From Octopus sinensis (taxonomy: Eukaryota): a DNA stretch of 64,000 nucleotides. The stretch lies in NCBI RefSeq assembly GCF_006345805.1, contig NC_042997.1:146568001-146632000 (forward strand). Reading direction: 5' to 3'. The notes below the pieces were generated by a model that saw only the letters and a list, made by a program, of their open reading frames with translations, ran no database searches and was not told the origin of the DNA. Numbering within the stretch: the first letter of the stretch is position 1; each line of letters opens with the position of its first letter. Of this stretch, positions 12,401 through 27,683 are shown one piece after another. The translations under genes were made by a program, and so were the position numbers.

Positions 12401-13485
12401 TTAGAAATATACACAGACACATGCACAAAGCACATTCTCACACACAGGCATACGCATGCACACACACACACACAGAAGTATGTACAACTCACACACCCGC
12501 ACTCACACAGACACACAAACACACACACACACACACACACACATAGCAGGCTTCTAACACACATCTTTAAGATTCAAGAGCCTTCTTTGGGATGTTCGCC
12601 AAAAAATAAAATCCATTTACCTCAAGAGCTGATACATAGGTACTCTTAATGCGGTGAGGTGGCAGACTCATTAAGCACGCTGGACGAATTGCTTAGCGAT
12701 ATTTCGCCCGTCGCTACGTTCTGAGTTCAAATTCTACTGAGGTTGACTTTGCCTTTCATTCTTTCGGAGTCGATGAAATAAGTACCAGTTGAGTACTGGG
12801 GTCGATGTAATCGACTAGTCCCTTCCCCACAAATTTCAAGTCTTGTGCCTATAATAGGCAACCAGTGTTGGTTTGTTTACGTTTCCGTTAACTAGTGGTT
12901 CGGCAAAAGAAGGCGATAGGATAAATACCAATCTTTAAAAAATTGTTCAAGTTGGTATCACACCATGGCCGCAAACTAATGAATGAAACAAGTAAAAGAA
13001 AAAGAATCGGTAGCATCTACATAAAATTACTTGAATTTCTAGACGCATATCTTTAATCCACAGAGTTGACAAACTGATACTACAACTTTTGAGAACAGAA
13101 TTAACAGTGAATGAACTGCAAACTGCATTACCTATTGAAATTGTTCTCTATAGTAGTGTGCACTAGCGTCAATGCTATTTAATAACTGTAAGTCTGGAAA
13201 TCAGCAATGGTGGTTTGTCGATGAAATTAATAAAAAAAGAATCATAGCTAAATTCAAAATGTTGCTGGCCCTGATGGGGGTCTAATTAAAAGATTTGAAA
13301 TAAGTTGGGAGAAACTATTTTTAATGAACTTTTTTATATACGAGTTTCAAAGTGTGTGTCTGTGTGCGCGTGGGCGTGCATATGTATAAGTCCGAGCAAA
13401 TTTATAAATAAAAAAATATATATGATGTCTGCAACTTTACTATGAATGTTTATTTTCTTTTAACTTTGTAAATATAAATTTAAAA

Positions 13486-14330
13486 CGGTGCTCAATTGAA
13501 AAGTATTGAGCCATCCTTCAATTTATTGTTTGATCAACACAAGTTTATGTTAAGGTTCCTACGCGCGTTTCATCGTTATGGCTGTTTGCAACCCTATATT
13601 AGAGATTCCAAATACATATGTGTGCATGCTCGACCATAGCGGACCCCCAGAAAACACGGAGGTCGGAAATATGGTAAAGGATGACTCGTCCGAGAAAATA
13701 ACATTCTTTCACTGCTCTAGGGACCAATGATGTAGGTTTTTACTCCACTCTAAACGCTTTGCAACGTTTGTTTTTGAAAGTAGTGATTTTCTGATTGCAG
13801 CCCTCCCATGAAATCTGGCTTTGTGCAGCTCCCGGCGAACAGTTTTTTGTGGAAACTGGGTTCTCGGGTGATCATTAAACTCTGCAGTAATTTTGAGAGC
13901 TGTACTTTTGTGAACTTTTCTAACAATTCGCATAAGAGTCCGACAGTCCCTCTCTAAAGTTTTAGTTTTCTTCTGGAGTTTTCTTTCGTTGAAGAAGTTT
14001 TTTCCTTCTTTCTCAAAGGCTGTCATTATTTTCGAGACAGTACTTCTTGATAAACCAAATATTTCGGCTGTTTTCGTTACGCTAGCGCCTGCCATACGAG
14101 AACCAACAATTTGACCTCTTTGAAAGTCCGATACATGTGTCTTTTTAATGAATTTTAATTACCTTTTACTGATGATATCTGAAAAGAAACAGCAATTTTA
14201 CCAAAGCATATTAAGCAACAATAATAATAAATCAAAAAATATAAAAATAAACAAGCTTTTGACGGTTTTATAGATATCTCAAAATTATGATGCTATGATG
14301 CTCGGTGTTTCTATTATTTTGTCCGACCCC
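13486..14330 (-). mobile_element. Tc1-like transposon relic (N-terminal HTH through first catalytic D)
   Basis: SDFQRGQIVGSRMAGASVTKTAEIFGLSRSTVSKIM...VRRELHKARFHGRAAIRK...HWSLEQ*KNVIFSDES; Tc1-type terminus TA|GGGGTCGGACAAAATAATAGAAACACC at 14332-14304. Confidence 0.85.
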
Positions 14331-14958
14331 TATATATATAGTTTAGCATAGGTCTTCAACGGAAGATTCCATATATATATATATATATATATAATTATTA
14401 TTAAAATTATAATTTAGGGTATCTAAGAGATACCACCACGCAAGAAATAGCAGCCAAAATGTGCCTCTAAAACGACATTAAATGTTCATACCACACCAGG
14501 AGAGAGGGACAAGATGAACTAGCAATATATATATATAATTATTAATATTAGGGGATTTATTTCCGAGTCCATAGGAGTGAGAAATTGAATTTAGTGGTAC
14601 TAAAACGAATTTCCCACTACATTATATATATATAGGTTTAAGAGACATTCTTAGCATAGATAAATGATTTCGGTGATTTCAAAATGCATAACTTTAATTT
14701 TAATTATTATGTCTTTATATAGGTTGTAAATAATAAAATAGTTTTATATAATCCAGACCAGAAGATTGGCAATGTAGTGGATCGATATAGTAGTGAATTT
14801 CGAGACCTTCTATTTTAGCAATATCGATAGTTATATTGTCATGAAACGCGCGTATCCTATCTAAAGTACATGATTCAGAATAGTAATTGTAGATATTTAG
14901 TCTTATACATTATCTTTCATAGATAATGTCGTTCAAAGTTGTATGAGTTGATTAAGCC

Positions 14959-14994
<36 letters not shown>

Positions 14995-16533
14995 ATATGT
15001 GTGTGTGTGTTGTGTGTGTGTGTGTGGTGTGTGTGTGTGTGTGTGTGTTGTGTGTCTGTTTGTCGCCCACCATCACTTGACACCCGATGTCTGTGTGCCA
15101 ACGACCCCCGTAACTTATCGGTTCGGCAAAAGTACTAGGCTTACAAAGAATAAATCCCGGGGTCGATTTGTTCGACTAAAAGTGATGCTCCAGCATGGCC
15201 TCAGTCAAATGAGTGAAACAAATAAAAGAATTCCATTTTCTATCAATTATCTATTTATACAAAACTTTAAGGATACTATGGAATTCTTTATGTATATCCA
15301 GTAGCAAGAGTACCGTCTCTATATGATGACATCAGGTAGACGATAACTATGGACGAGCTTTGCATAGCATACTACAAGGTTTTTACCAGGATCTTATTTA
15401 AATATACATATAATGATTTCACTTTGGCGTAGAAACTCTATGCTTAAACTTTATTTAAGAGTGAATTACATAAAAACAGGAATTATGTAATCATTCTCAT
15501 TAGATTGCATATTATGGAAAAATTGCTTTCCTCAATAAGTGTGCACTTCATTTAAATGACTTCGAGGAAGTTATTGTGTGTCGTATGAGCACTCAGTTCT
15601 CTGTTCAATGCTTCTAATAGCAGAAATAGCTAAGAGCTAATGAAAATACTCTTATATTTTTTTGCCGTTCATTAATTCTTATATGCAAGCGCGCGCTTGT
15701 GTATTTGTGTGTATCTATGTACTTGCATATATCATTTACGTATAGATGGGTTTATTACTATTGCCATACATCTGGCAAGTCCATCGAACTGGGATAAGTT
15801 CTTGGTAATTAGGGAACGTCCCAATAATTGCATTTGCAGTTTAAACTGCCTCGTCACGATTTTTAAGCTTTTGAAATATGAATGGGCGCTTCAACGAAAT
15901 CCAACTTTAACCACTTAATTCTATTGGTATTTCTCTTGAACATCTCTGAACACAATAACCTTGCAGCGTGCTAACAATAAATTTTAGACTGTTTATTCTA
16001 GTTTCAACCGTGAATTGAGCTGGTCATCATATATGTAGTTCAAGCCTTCAAATCCACCGCTCAGTAACATTCAAGAGGAGTGCTAGCGTGGAAATTAATT
16101 ATTGTATTTAAATAATTATTTCAGCATCGATCTCAGTACTTGACTGGTACTTTATTCTATCGATCTCGAAAAGATGAAAGGCAAAGTCGAAACTCGGCAG
16201 AATTTGAACTAAAAATCATAAAGAGGGGTAAAAATACACTAAACTTTTTTTGCCGACGTGTTAATGATTCTGCTAGCACGCCATTTTATAAGGGCTTAAT
16301 CCTTTCTGCTACTATAGAGACAAATTATTTGGGGTGGGCGTGGAGAGGGACCAGAAGAGTTCATCGATCGCAGTGCTCGACTGGTACTTATTTTATCGAC
16401 CCCGAAAAAATGAAAGGTAAAGTCGACTACGGTGGAATGGGGACTCAGAACATTAAGCCGGAAGAAATGTCGCTAAGCATTTTGTCCTGCATGCTAACAA
16501 TTCTACCATCACGCGCTCTTAAGTCTTCAGAGT

Positions 16534-16870
16534 GAAGGCGCATGACTCAGTGGTTAGAGCGTCGAACTTACGATCGTGAGGTTGTGAGTTCGATTCCCGG
16601 ACCGGGCTACGTGTTGTGTTCTTGAGCAAGACACTTTATTTCACGTTGCTCCAGTTAACTCAGCTGCAGAAATGAGTTGCAATGTCACTGGTGCCAAGCT
16701 GTTTCGGCCTTTGCCTTTCCCTTGGAAAGCACCAGTAGTGTGGAAAGGGGAGGCTAGTATGCATGGGCGACTGCTGGTCTTCCATAAACAACCTTTCCCA
16801 GATTTGTGCCTCGGAGGGTAACTTTCTAGGGGCAATCCCATGGTCATTCATGACCGAAGGGGATCTCCTC
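16534..16870 (+). mobile_element. tRNA-derived SINE family E, full length
   Basis: GAAGGCGCATGACTCAGTGGTTAGAGCG (A box), GAGTTCGATTCCC (B box), then gtgttgtgttcttgagcaagacactttatttcacgttgctccag. Confidence 0.85.
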
Positions 16871-17105
16871 CTCCTATGTCTTCAGAGATTGATCATTGAG
16901 ACTCAGCAAATACATACATGCACACGTATACACGCGCGCGCATATAGTAGTGGTATGTGTGTATATTTCTCGCTTTATTGCGTTTGTTTCTTTTTTTTAT
17001 CTGATCCTTGTTATTGATCTTCAATAAGAAAGAACCAGTATCTGTCAATTTGCCATTTCTATTAACGAAGCTGAAGAAGTAAAAATGTCGTAATAAGTTC
17101 TGCGA

Positions 17106-17418
17106 AATCAAGATAGTATTAACGAAACACCTCTTGAAATCACTAAACTTGCTGTGCAGTATTCCACCCGTGTGGGTAGAGATCAATAAAAATGCTCGTA
17201 TCTTCCATTTTCAGTTTCTCTCATTAATTACATTCACAGGCTCAGTGTTCGTTGGGTATGTAATTAATGAGAGAAACGGAAAATGGAAGATACGAGAATT
17301 TTTATTGATCTCTACCAACACGGGTGGAATACTGCACAACAAGTTTAGGTGTATCTTTTGATGTAGATGTGTCTCATCAAGTGATTTCAAGAGGTATCTC
17401 GTTAATATAATCTTGATT
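17106..17418. repeat. Long inverted repeat
   Basis: Arms 17106-17233 and 17258-17418; the right arm has an extra segment of about 32 nt; 24-nt spacer. Confidence 0.85.
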
Positions 17419-18894
17419 ATATATATATATATATAAGTACAGCAAAATTTAGATTCAAATGAATATGGTACTTAAGTTAGATGCACCAGAATTTTGTATG
17501 GTGTTATCCATATAAATCCATGGGGTGATTATAATCAAAATAGGCAACAAGAATAACTTCGGTAATTTGGTACGATCGTTTCACGTTACATCATTTTATT
17601 AAATGTTGTTAGTATTACAACAGTTTTAAAATGTTGAGCAATCATCAGCCATTAATAGAGGTTTTCCATTAATACATAATTTTCATATCAATTGATAATA
17701 TTATAGAGAAGGTAGATATATAGACAAAGATGTCGATTTAAATTTTAAGAACATTAAGGTAGTAGAGTTTATCAACTGACTGAAGAATATTCAGAATATT
17801 CAGTTGTTTTGAACTGCTAGAAGGCTTGTGAAGAATGTTTGTGGCACATTATATCTAGGACTACATTATCTAATGTGTCTCCACTATTATTAAAAGATGA
17901 TGAGAATCTTATCTTTGTCTTTTATATGTTATCTGTTTCATGTCTGCGACCATACTACAGCACTTGAAAGGTTTAGTCAAACAAATCGACTCCCTTACTT
18001 TTATTCTTTCAGTCTGTTTTCTCGAACCGATAATTTACGGAGATTTAAACAAACCAACACCTGTTGCCAAGTGATGTGAGGGGACAAACGCATACATAGA
18101 ATTATACACCGGGCTTCCATACAATTTCCATCTACTAAATTCAATCACCAGGCATTGGTTGGTTTGAGGCTATACCAGAAGACACTTATCCACAGTGCTG
18201 TGCAATGGGCCTGAACACGAAACGACGTGTTTCCAAAGCGAGCTTCTTAACCACACAGTTATGACTGAAGAACATTTAATTGCTATGTTTAGCAAACCGA
18301 GAGACCATGTAGAGGCTCCACTGCGGGTTCATATTTAACAAGTTATTGTTTATATTGCTGTTTAACCCCAGTTTGATCCTGATTGAGCAGATGCACAATC
18401 AAAGGAAGTTCTGGTCAGAAATTAACCCGTCTTATTTTTCGATGGCGAACTGGCAGAATCGTTAGCACTGCGAGCAAACTGTTTAGCAGCATTTCTTTCA
18501 GATTTTTACATTCTGAGTTCAGTTCCCGCCGAGACCAACTTTGCTTTTCATCCGTTCGGGGTCCATAAATAAAGTATCAGGCAAGTACTGGGGATCGATA
18601 TAATAGACTTGCCCTTTTCTTCAAAATTACTGGCCTCGAACTCTGAAACGGACCGGAGTCCCGTTTAAAGGAATGTTGTGATCTCGGTCGCTTAGGAGTT
18701 TTAAGGCGCGAGAAAAAAATTCTGACAGTTTATTCATGTTCTCAACCGGGGTCCATATAGCCTTGGGCGGGGGCGGGTTATATAATATCTTATTGTTTAA
18801 ATTTATGTGCAATAACTTGCTTATACTTCTACGATACACAAAATATGTTAGCAATTTTTTAATACAACTCCTAATAATAAAGTGTAAAAATATA

Positions 18895-19266
18895 TTCTTC
18901 TGTATTTTTTTATTCTTTTGCTTGTTTCAGACATTAGACTGCGGCCATGCTAGAGCACCGCCTTGAAGAATTTTAGTCGAATGGAACGACCTCAGTAGTT
19001 TGTTTTATTTTATAGGCCTGGTACTTATTCTAACGTTCTCTTTTGCCGAACTGCTAAGTTACGGGGACGTAAATACACCGGTCGTCAAGCGATGGTCGGA
19101 TTCACACACATACATATATATATATATATGTATATGTACTATATATATATATAATTTAAATAATGAGGGTAAAAAAATTGAATATTAATTTGATTAATAT
19201 CAATTTAAACCAGTGGCCTAGCATATTGAAAAGATTGCATGTAATATATATATATATATATATAAT

Positions 19267-19312
<46 letters not shown>

Positions 19313-19719
19313 TGTATGTATATATGTATATACATGTAACACCTCAAGCTCTACGAGGCTCCGGCAGGGGGTGGTGGCGAAAGCTGCTGTATTCTTTCTC
19401 CACAACATTCTTTAACTCTTTCTTCCTGTTCCGTTGTACCTGTATTTCAAAGGGCCAGCGTAGTCACACTCTGTGTCACGCCTGAATCTCCCGGAGAACT
19501 CCGTTAAGGGTGCACGTGTTTGTGAAGTGCTCAGACACATGCACGTTAATTTCACGAGTGGATTGTTCCGTTGATCGGATCGACTGAAACCCTCGTCGTC
19601 GTAACGGACGGGGTGCCACGACTATATATATATATATATATATATATCTATATATATATATATATATATACATTTATACACACACACACACACACGTGTG
19701 TGTGTGTATGTATATACAT

Positions 19720-19766
<47 letters not shown>

Positions 19767-19950
19767 ATATATATATATATATATACGATGGGCTTTTTTC
19801 AGTTTCCGTCTACCAAATCCATTCGCAATGCTTTGGTCGGCCCGGAGCTTTAGTAAAATACACTTACTCAAAGTGTCACGCAGTGGGACTGAACCCGGAA
19901 ACATGTGGTTGAGAAGCAAGATTTTTATCCCACAAACACTCCTGTGCCTT
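18895..19950 (-). mobile_element. Bipartite SINE (B head 19785-19950, C module 18895-19100) with nested insertion in its internal microsatellite
   Basis: The B and C modules lie in the same orientation and order as the compact copy at 37205-37580. Confidence 0.65.
19339..19622 (+). mobile_element. Headless family D SINE body with a different 3' tail
   Basis: aagctctacgaggctccggcagggggtggtggcga...ctctttctt matches the body of 139-449, then diverges completely. Confidence 0.6.
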
Positions 19951-21619
19951 TAACGGTTTTTTTAAAACATCAAATGGTTGTGGGAGTCCAACAGAAGAAA
20001 ATAAAAATCAAGAGGTTCCAATAGGAGAAAAAAAAAATTGTTGAGAAATACTTATTTAGCTCTATATCATCTAATGTGTCCACCAGACGGTCTGTAGGTG
20101 TGATTTCAGAGAGATTTTTACTGCTATTTCTAGCATCCTGTACGTTCAGCGACCAACCACCTAGAGGTCTACTCGTAAGTCGTGTAACCACTTATGCCTG
20201 TTAGTTTCTTTAAATGCACTTTCTCATAGATTCATATATACGACATACGAGTCAAATGGTGCATACGTAACGTTGATATGTGATTAAAGAATTAGTAGAA
20301 GATTACATTGGGCATAATTTAATATAGTCGATTCAAAATTTGCGTTCATTAAGAACAACTTCGTAATGAATTTCGACCCAAATATTAAGTTAATTCTTCA
20401 TAATTACATATTTTTTTCGTGTATGTACATGTGTGTGCGTATGCGTGTGTTTTGTATCAGTGTAGTGTGCATGTGTCTTAGAGTGTGGCGGGGTACGTTT
20501 GAGGGAAAAGAGAAGGAATGAATAAAGGTTATATATAAATATATCAAGTAGACTATTACAAATACATTTATCAAGTCCACCTTATGAATTTACACAAACA
20601 CGCACATACGCGCGCGCGCACATGTACACACGTACACACTAACAAACAAACACACAAACACACACATACACATATAAGCATATACACGCCACATACACAC
20701 AAACACGCACGGAAACAGACTATTTTTAAATATATATATATTATATATATACTTGTACATATGCATATATACATATAAATACATACATATACATATACAT
20801 ACATACATACATACATACATACATACATACCATACATACATACATGTGTATATATATGTGTGTATATATATATGTATATCTATATATATGTATATATAAG
20901 TATATGCATGTATATATATATTAATGTGTATGTGTATGTGTGTGTGTTTGTGCTTGTCCCCCACCACCGCTTGTTTGTTTATGTCCCCATAACTTAGTGG
21001 TTCGGTCAGCGAAAGAAACCGATAGAATAAATACTAGGCTTAAAAACAAAACCGAGCAGCGTCATCGATTCGTTCGACTAACATCCTTAAAGGTGGTACC
21101 CCAGCATGGCCGCAGTCTTGTGACTGAAACAAGTAAAAGATTATATATATATATACGAAGGCTTCTTTCAGTTTCCGTCTACCATATCCTCTCACAAGGC
21201 TTTGGTCGATCCGAGGCTATGGTAAATATTTCGTAACTATGACGAAAATATATCGTTTGAGCTAACCGATTACCACAAGGGCGCTCAATAACTGTGTAAA
21301 GAATCATATTTAGAGAGAAAAATATATGAACATACATTTGAATGTCTGGCATAGCGATGGCATGCCATTGATGAGGTCGGGAAAGGCCACGAAAGAACAT
21401 TGACGATGCTTGCCTACTGACTGAGCGATTAATGAGACGAGCGATGAATTACTCGGTTAATGGCTAACTTGTTGGCTAATGATAATAAAAGAAATGATGT
21501 GGAACCAGCGCGTGTAAGTTTATTGACCCTCGCAAGATACAACAAAATAGTTTATAGAAGTTAGCTGCTACGTTTATACCAAACAGCTAGTGTTGTGTTC
21601 CATGCAATTACAAAACAGA

Positions 21620-21821
21620 ATCAGAATTAGAGCAATAATATAATATAATAATAATCTAATAATAATTGGTATAATAATAATAATAATAATAATAATAACT
21701 AATAATAATAATGATGTGATGATGATGATATAATAATAATAATTAATAAAATAATAATATAATGATATTAATAATAATAATAATAATAATAGTAATAATA
21801 ATAATAATAATGATGATGATG

Positions 21822-21864
<43 letters not shown>

Positions 21865-21878
21865 TGATGATGATGATG

Positions 21879-21942
<64 letters not shown>

Positions 21943-21965
21943 TGATGATGATGATGATGATGATA
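21620..21965. repeat. (TAA)n/(TGA)n trinucleotide tract
   Basis: Directly visible; source of the poly-I/L/Y ORFs. Confidence 0.95.
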
Positions 21966-22710
21966 AGCCACAGAAACAAATGGCAATATCACGGCTAAAT
22001 GACAATATATGCAGCAGCCACTGCAGCCACAAAAGAAGCTGGGATACTCCCTCAAACCCATCCAAACAGGAGCACCACCACCCAAACAAACCCTGTGGAT
22101 AAAGAATATCCAAAAAAAAATTAGAAAAGACCTGTCGATTCTTAACGAAATTAGTAGACAGTCAACACTACTAAGTAACAAGAAGAAAACAAAAATACTG
22201 TGCAAATACAACATTACAGAAAAATATTCACCTGGGGTAAAAGAGAAGCTGAAGCAAGAAAACCTTGCCAAAGCACAAATCATCCGCCGATATGAGAAAC
22301 GCCAACGTTTCTTTGAACAAAACAAACAGTTCAACCCCAACCCCCAAAAATTCTACCAAGAGCTTGACAAAATTAAATAGACATCACTGCAGTACCAACA
22401 GCAGAAGAAGTGGAAGAATTCGGAAAGAAATATAGTCGGCGAAGGAACAAGTTCAGAAAAGGACTATTAAAACAACGAACTTAGCACATGAGCAACTCTG
22501 GACCCCTACAACAACTGAAGAGGTCACCCAGCACTGCAAAGACTAAGCAACTGGAAGGCACCTGGGCACGACAAGATACCAACTTTTGGTTAAAATATCT
22601 TATACAAGCAGAACCAGAGACAATGCCTGAATGGCTCACGAAAGGGAAAACTATCCTAATTCCCAAATCCACTGGACCGGCAAAACCACAAAACTACAGA
22701 CCTATAACCT
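21966..22710 (+). pseudogene. R4/Dong-like (RLE-type) non-LTR retrotransposon fragment, region upstream of and start of RT
   Basis: KLKQENLAKAQIIRRYEKRQRFFEQNKQFNPNPQKFYQEL and PEWLTKGKTILIPK...PQNYRPIT; frameshifts and stops present. Confidence 0.75.
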
Positions 22711-22823
22711 ATATATATATATATATTATATATATATATATATAGTGTATCTATAAATATATATGTATGTGTATATATATATATGTAAATGTAACTAGAA
22801 TATATATTTGTATATATATATAT

Positions 22824-23185
22824 ACTAGCTGAAGGTGACCCGCTCTACGCGCGGGTAAGAGTGTCGTTGTTACTTTCTGTTGCTTCCTTTCAGCACGTAA
22901 AAAGCACCATCCGAACGTGGCGGATTGCAGCGCCGCCTTGACTGGCTTCTGTGCTGGTGGCACGTAAAAAGCACCAACCGATCGTGGCCGCTGCCAGCCC
23001 CCCTGGCACCTGTGCCGGCGGCACGAAAAAAGCACCCACTACACTCACAGAGTGGTTGGCGTTAGGAAGGGCATCCACCTGTAGAAACACTGCCAGATCA
23101 GACTGGAGCCCGGTGCAGCCTCCTGGCTTCCCAGACCCCGGTCAAACTGTCCAACCCGTGCTAGCACGGAAAACGGATGTTAAAC

Positions 23186-23222
<37 letters not shown>

Positions 23223-24020
23223 CTCCCTCCTTTCTCTCTCACTTTCCCACTCTGTTACTCTTCCCTTCTCTCGGACTCTCCCTCGCTTTCTCTTACTCTC
23301 TATCTTTATCTATCTCTCTCCCATTTATAAACAACAAAAGATCTTGAGTAAGTTGAGAAATAAAATATTTAGAAAGATCAATCATAAATATCAGGCAGTA
23401 ACAACGGAAAGGTCTGCTTCAAGGCAGACAGCAAAACACTAACATTTAAAAGGGACAGACGAACTTGCGAGCTGAATAAAAATAATAAAATATTGGAAAC
23501 CAAAGTTTGAAGGGATATAATTTGAGGATAGTAGAGTTACCATGGCTGGCATTTCTTAACAACGGACAGCAACGTATTGACTGTTTAACGGCTGGCGTAA
23601 AATTTTGAACTTGATGTAAAAGAAAATCCCTAAACACCAAGTTTTGAATTGATTCTTTCTCGCGACAGTAGACTCACCATGGCAAGCATTCAAAACTTCT
23701 TCATCATGGACAGCAACACATTGACGATTAAAAGGCTGGCGCAAATTTTTTAGCTTGATGTAACAGAGAATTGCTAAACACCCGCTCCTTTAAATTTTAA
23801 TTTCCTTCAAGCCCCATTTAGACCCCTTTTCACATTTTGGTTAATATAACCCGATTTCATTCGGGTCTACTGGGACTACATTTTATAAGATGAGGAATTT
23901 TGTCCTAGAGGTCACGCCTTTCATTTGAGGAAAAAAATAGTTGTCATGCAAACTTGCCAGCACTTTTAACATAGGTGTGCATATTTCAGCTCAACCGACC
24001 ACATAATGCACACATTATAT
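22824..24020 (+). mobile_element. Possible Helitron-like element with nested SINE
   Basis: Starts TACTAGCTGAAGGTGACCCGCTCTACGCGCGGGT (TACTAG plus hairpin); internal degenerate duplication 23531-23638 and 23668-23781; 3' end uncertain. Confidence 0.4.
22880..23220 (+). mobile_element. SINE-like retroposon 3' part with (GAT)n tail
   Basis: Triplicated gcacgtaaaaagcacc, then ggcgttaggaagggcatcc...ggatgttaaacgatgatgatg. Confidence 0.7.
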
Positions 24021-24050
24021 ATTATATATATATATATGTGTGTGGTGTGT

Positions 24051-24083
<33 letters not shown>

Positions 24084-24838
24084 TGTTGGTAGTCTCTCTC
24101 ATACGTGAGCGTTGACGCTGAATTCGACTGGTAAGCAGGTAACCTTGTCTTTGTTGAAATAGTTGTGAGCTGCTTGAGTTATTTCTCTGACGGGTAATAA
24201 GAATTTTCATATCCTCCGAGGAAACGAACTGTTGACCCAGACAATTAGAATTAATTTTAATAAAAGCATCAATTTAAGAAAAAATAATAAAGTAGTAAAA
24301 AATGAAAATTTAGCACGAAAAATTTGCAGGGTTCTAAATAAATGTTAAAATGTAATAGATACGAAAAACCTATGTTATCACCAGAACACGAACGCTCGTT
24401 GGTGTGTTCTGTTTGTATTTGGTCGATCGGCGCGTTGACAGGTAGACAATAGAATGCGATGGCGATGGCGATGGAATATTTGTTTCTCTCTATGAATGCA
24501 GACAGATACATAAGTGAAAGTTATGGGAAGGTAAGAAATAGAGTGAGTGAAAATGTGCTGGGAAGAGAGGAAATAGCGAGAGTGAGTTGAGGAAGACAGA
24601 TACATTAAATAACGAGAGTGGACAAAGTTATAAATGAAGAGGAGTTAGAGGGGAATGGAGAAAATAGCGTGAGTGAGGAAGATGGCCCCTAGCAACGACA
24701 CCTTTTAAGATAGGGATTTCTAAGGTAGCCCACGGGCATCGTCACCTCATTTTACATGTACCTGTAAATTTTGGAGTGAATCGGACGAGATGTAGTGGCA
24801 TTGAAAGCGATCCAAGCGGTAAAAACGCATTTCAGTTT

Positions 24839-24902
<64 letters not shown>

Positions 24903-25041
24903 CATATACATAGAATGCAAACATGCACATATATATAGATAAATGTATGTGTGCATGTGTGTATACATATGTCTACACACAATATATGCATGTATGTATG
25001 TATATATATATATATATATAATATTCTATAATTATATACCT

Positions 25042-25268
25042 AATTATAATCAGGGGTCAGCTAATTGCTTCGCCACGTACCGAAATTAGAAATAGACGCT
25101 AATGTCATTTCAACTACCATAAGTATCTCCGAGACAATAACACAGTCCTGTGGATTCATCATTTTCCTTTTTGCCTACATAGATAAGTGTGTTACTGTCT
25201 CGGAGATACTTATGGTAGCTGAAATTTCGGTACGTGGCGAAGCAATTAGCTGACCCCTGATTATAATT
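25042..25268. repeat. Inverted repeat
   Basis: Arms 25042-25143 and 25189-25268; the left arm carries an extra segment of about 20 nt. Confidence 0.85.
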
Positions 25269-25373
25269 ACGTATATAATTCATCTAAAAAGGTTATTTTA
25301 ACCTACCGACTACTTCGTAGAATTATTAATTATTGATCAATTAATTAATTAATCTTACCTATATAGATAGATT

Positions 25374-25439
<66 letters not shown>

Positions 25440-25440
25440 C

Positions 25441-25752
<312 letters not shown>

Positions 25753-26353
25753 TTATGTTCGTATATATGAAGCGATGAACTATAGCCAATGTCGTCAACG
25801 ATATCACTGCTACTTCACTGATGCTGCCGGCGTTGTCAATATGAGGTTCTACGCGTACGCGTATACGTGTATGCACGAAAGTGTGAGTGCGTCTATGTTG
25901 TCACGGTTGATATTTTGTTATTGGTGCTGGTAGTAGTTGTTCGTTATATAACGTGATAATAGCACATTTGCCTGCAGCCTGCTGAAAGATATAAACAACC
26001 GTTGTTGTGACTCACTCTGTGTATCAACGTATCAAGTAAAGGACCGCCACCTTCATTTAATAACGATGCCTTTATTTGTCGACTGATGTTGTCAACGTCA
26101 GCGAATCAAATAGTCAAACATACATCATGTGACATCGTTAAACGAATACAATAATTTTTTTCTCTTTTTATCTCTCTATAATATGCATTTCCCCCGTAGT
26201 TGGTGGTTTATTAGTTGAGTTGCTTGTATTTTCGTTGTATTTTTTTTTCATTTATTCTCCTTTCACATCATTTACATGTGTATATGAGTGCATTCTATAT
26301 ATATACATACATACATATATACATACATACACACATATACACTCATATACACA

Positions 26354-26395
<42 letters not shown>

Positions 26396-26449
26396 TGTAT
26401 ACACACATATATATACATATATACATACAGTTAGATAGATAGATAGGTT

Positions 26450-26486
<37 letters not shown>

Positions 26487-26515
26487 GTAGGTAGATAGAT
26501 AGATAGATAGATAGA

Positions 26516-26562
<47 letters not shown>

Positions 26563-27477
26563 CAAAAATGGGACAAGAACGGAAACCATCCAGACAGTTA
26601 GGTTGAAACAAAAAAAGGGAAAACAAAATACCCAACAGACGATACAAGGAAAGCAAGGACGGATCAGACGGAGTTTTCTATCCTCATTATATATATATAT
26701 AATATATATATATATATATAATATATATATATATTATATATATATATATAATGAGGACGTTATAATGGTTGAGTGTTGCGCTCATGATTGCGAGGTCGTG
26801 ATTTCGATTCCTAGTCCGCATGATGTGTTGTATTCTTGAATAAAACATTTCATATCACGTTGCTCTGCGAACACTTTGATATTTGTCATCACTTTGACAC
26901 CACGTCGATTTGATGGAGGAAATGAGCAAATGTATGCCACATACATTTGATCACTCTATATATACATACGCACATACATTCATACATACATACATACAAC
27001 AAATATTTATAGCTGTGGATGTGTAAATATATATTTGTAGGTCTATATACATACATAAATACAGCTAAACATATGCATATACACGCACACACACACACAC
27101 ATACACACACACATAAATGTACATACGCACACACATTAACATGTGTGTGTTTGTGTGTATGTGTGCGCGCGTGCGCTCATGTGTATATTTTATTTTCTAC
27201 TTTCTCTGCTCCAACATTCTCAATTCTTCCGCCAAAATGCAAAAGAAGAAAAAACCTTAACGTTTTCCTTCATTTCAAATTACTTGCCTAATACATTAAG
27301 TATAACAAAATTAAATGAATATTTCGCTGGATGCAATAATCTGCATTTTATCCAAGCACCCGAAGGATTCGTTACTCCGATAAATACAAGAGAAACGTCC
27401 CCATAAATGAAACGTTTCCCGTACTAAATACACGTAAAAGGCAGAAATACCCCTATACCCACAGAGTATACATACAC

Positions 27478-27643
27478 AGGTGTAGGAGTGGCTGTGCGAT
27501 AAGTAGCTTGCTTACGAACCACATGGTTCCTGGTTCAGCCCCACTGCGTGGCACTTTGGGCAAGTGTCTTCTAGTATAGCCTCGGGCCGACCAAAGCCTT
27601 GTGAGTGGATTTGGTAAACGGAAACTGAAAGAAGTCCGTCGTG

Positions 27644-27683
<40 letters not shown>

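Noticed and set aside
13550-14860. GAAACGCGCGTA half motifs (about 13555-13580 -, 14843-14854 +)
   Set aside because: Palindromic stem III and cleavage site look HHR-like, but no CTGANGA core or stem I is recoverable.
3420-17860. AT-rich stretches at 3420-3800 and 17420-17860 as decayed Penelope ORFs
   Set aside because: Short protein-like runs only, many stops, and no RT or GIY-YIG motif identifiable by eye; a tblastx search would be needed.
21366-21400. TTGATGA-GGTC GGGAAA GGCC-AC-GAAA
   Set aside because: No stem III or NUH site and no stem I partner after GAAA; at best a relic.
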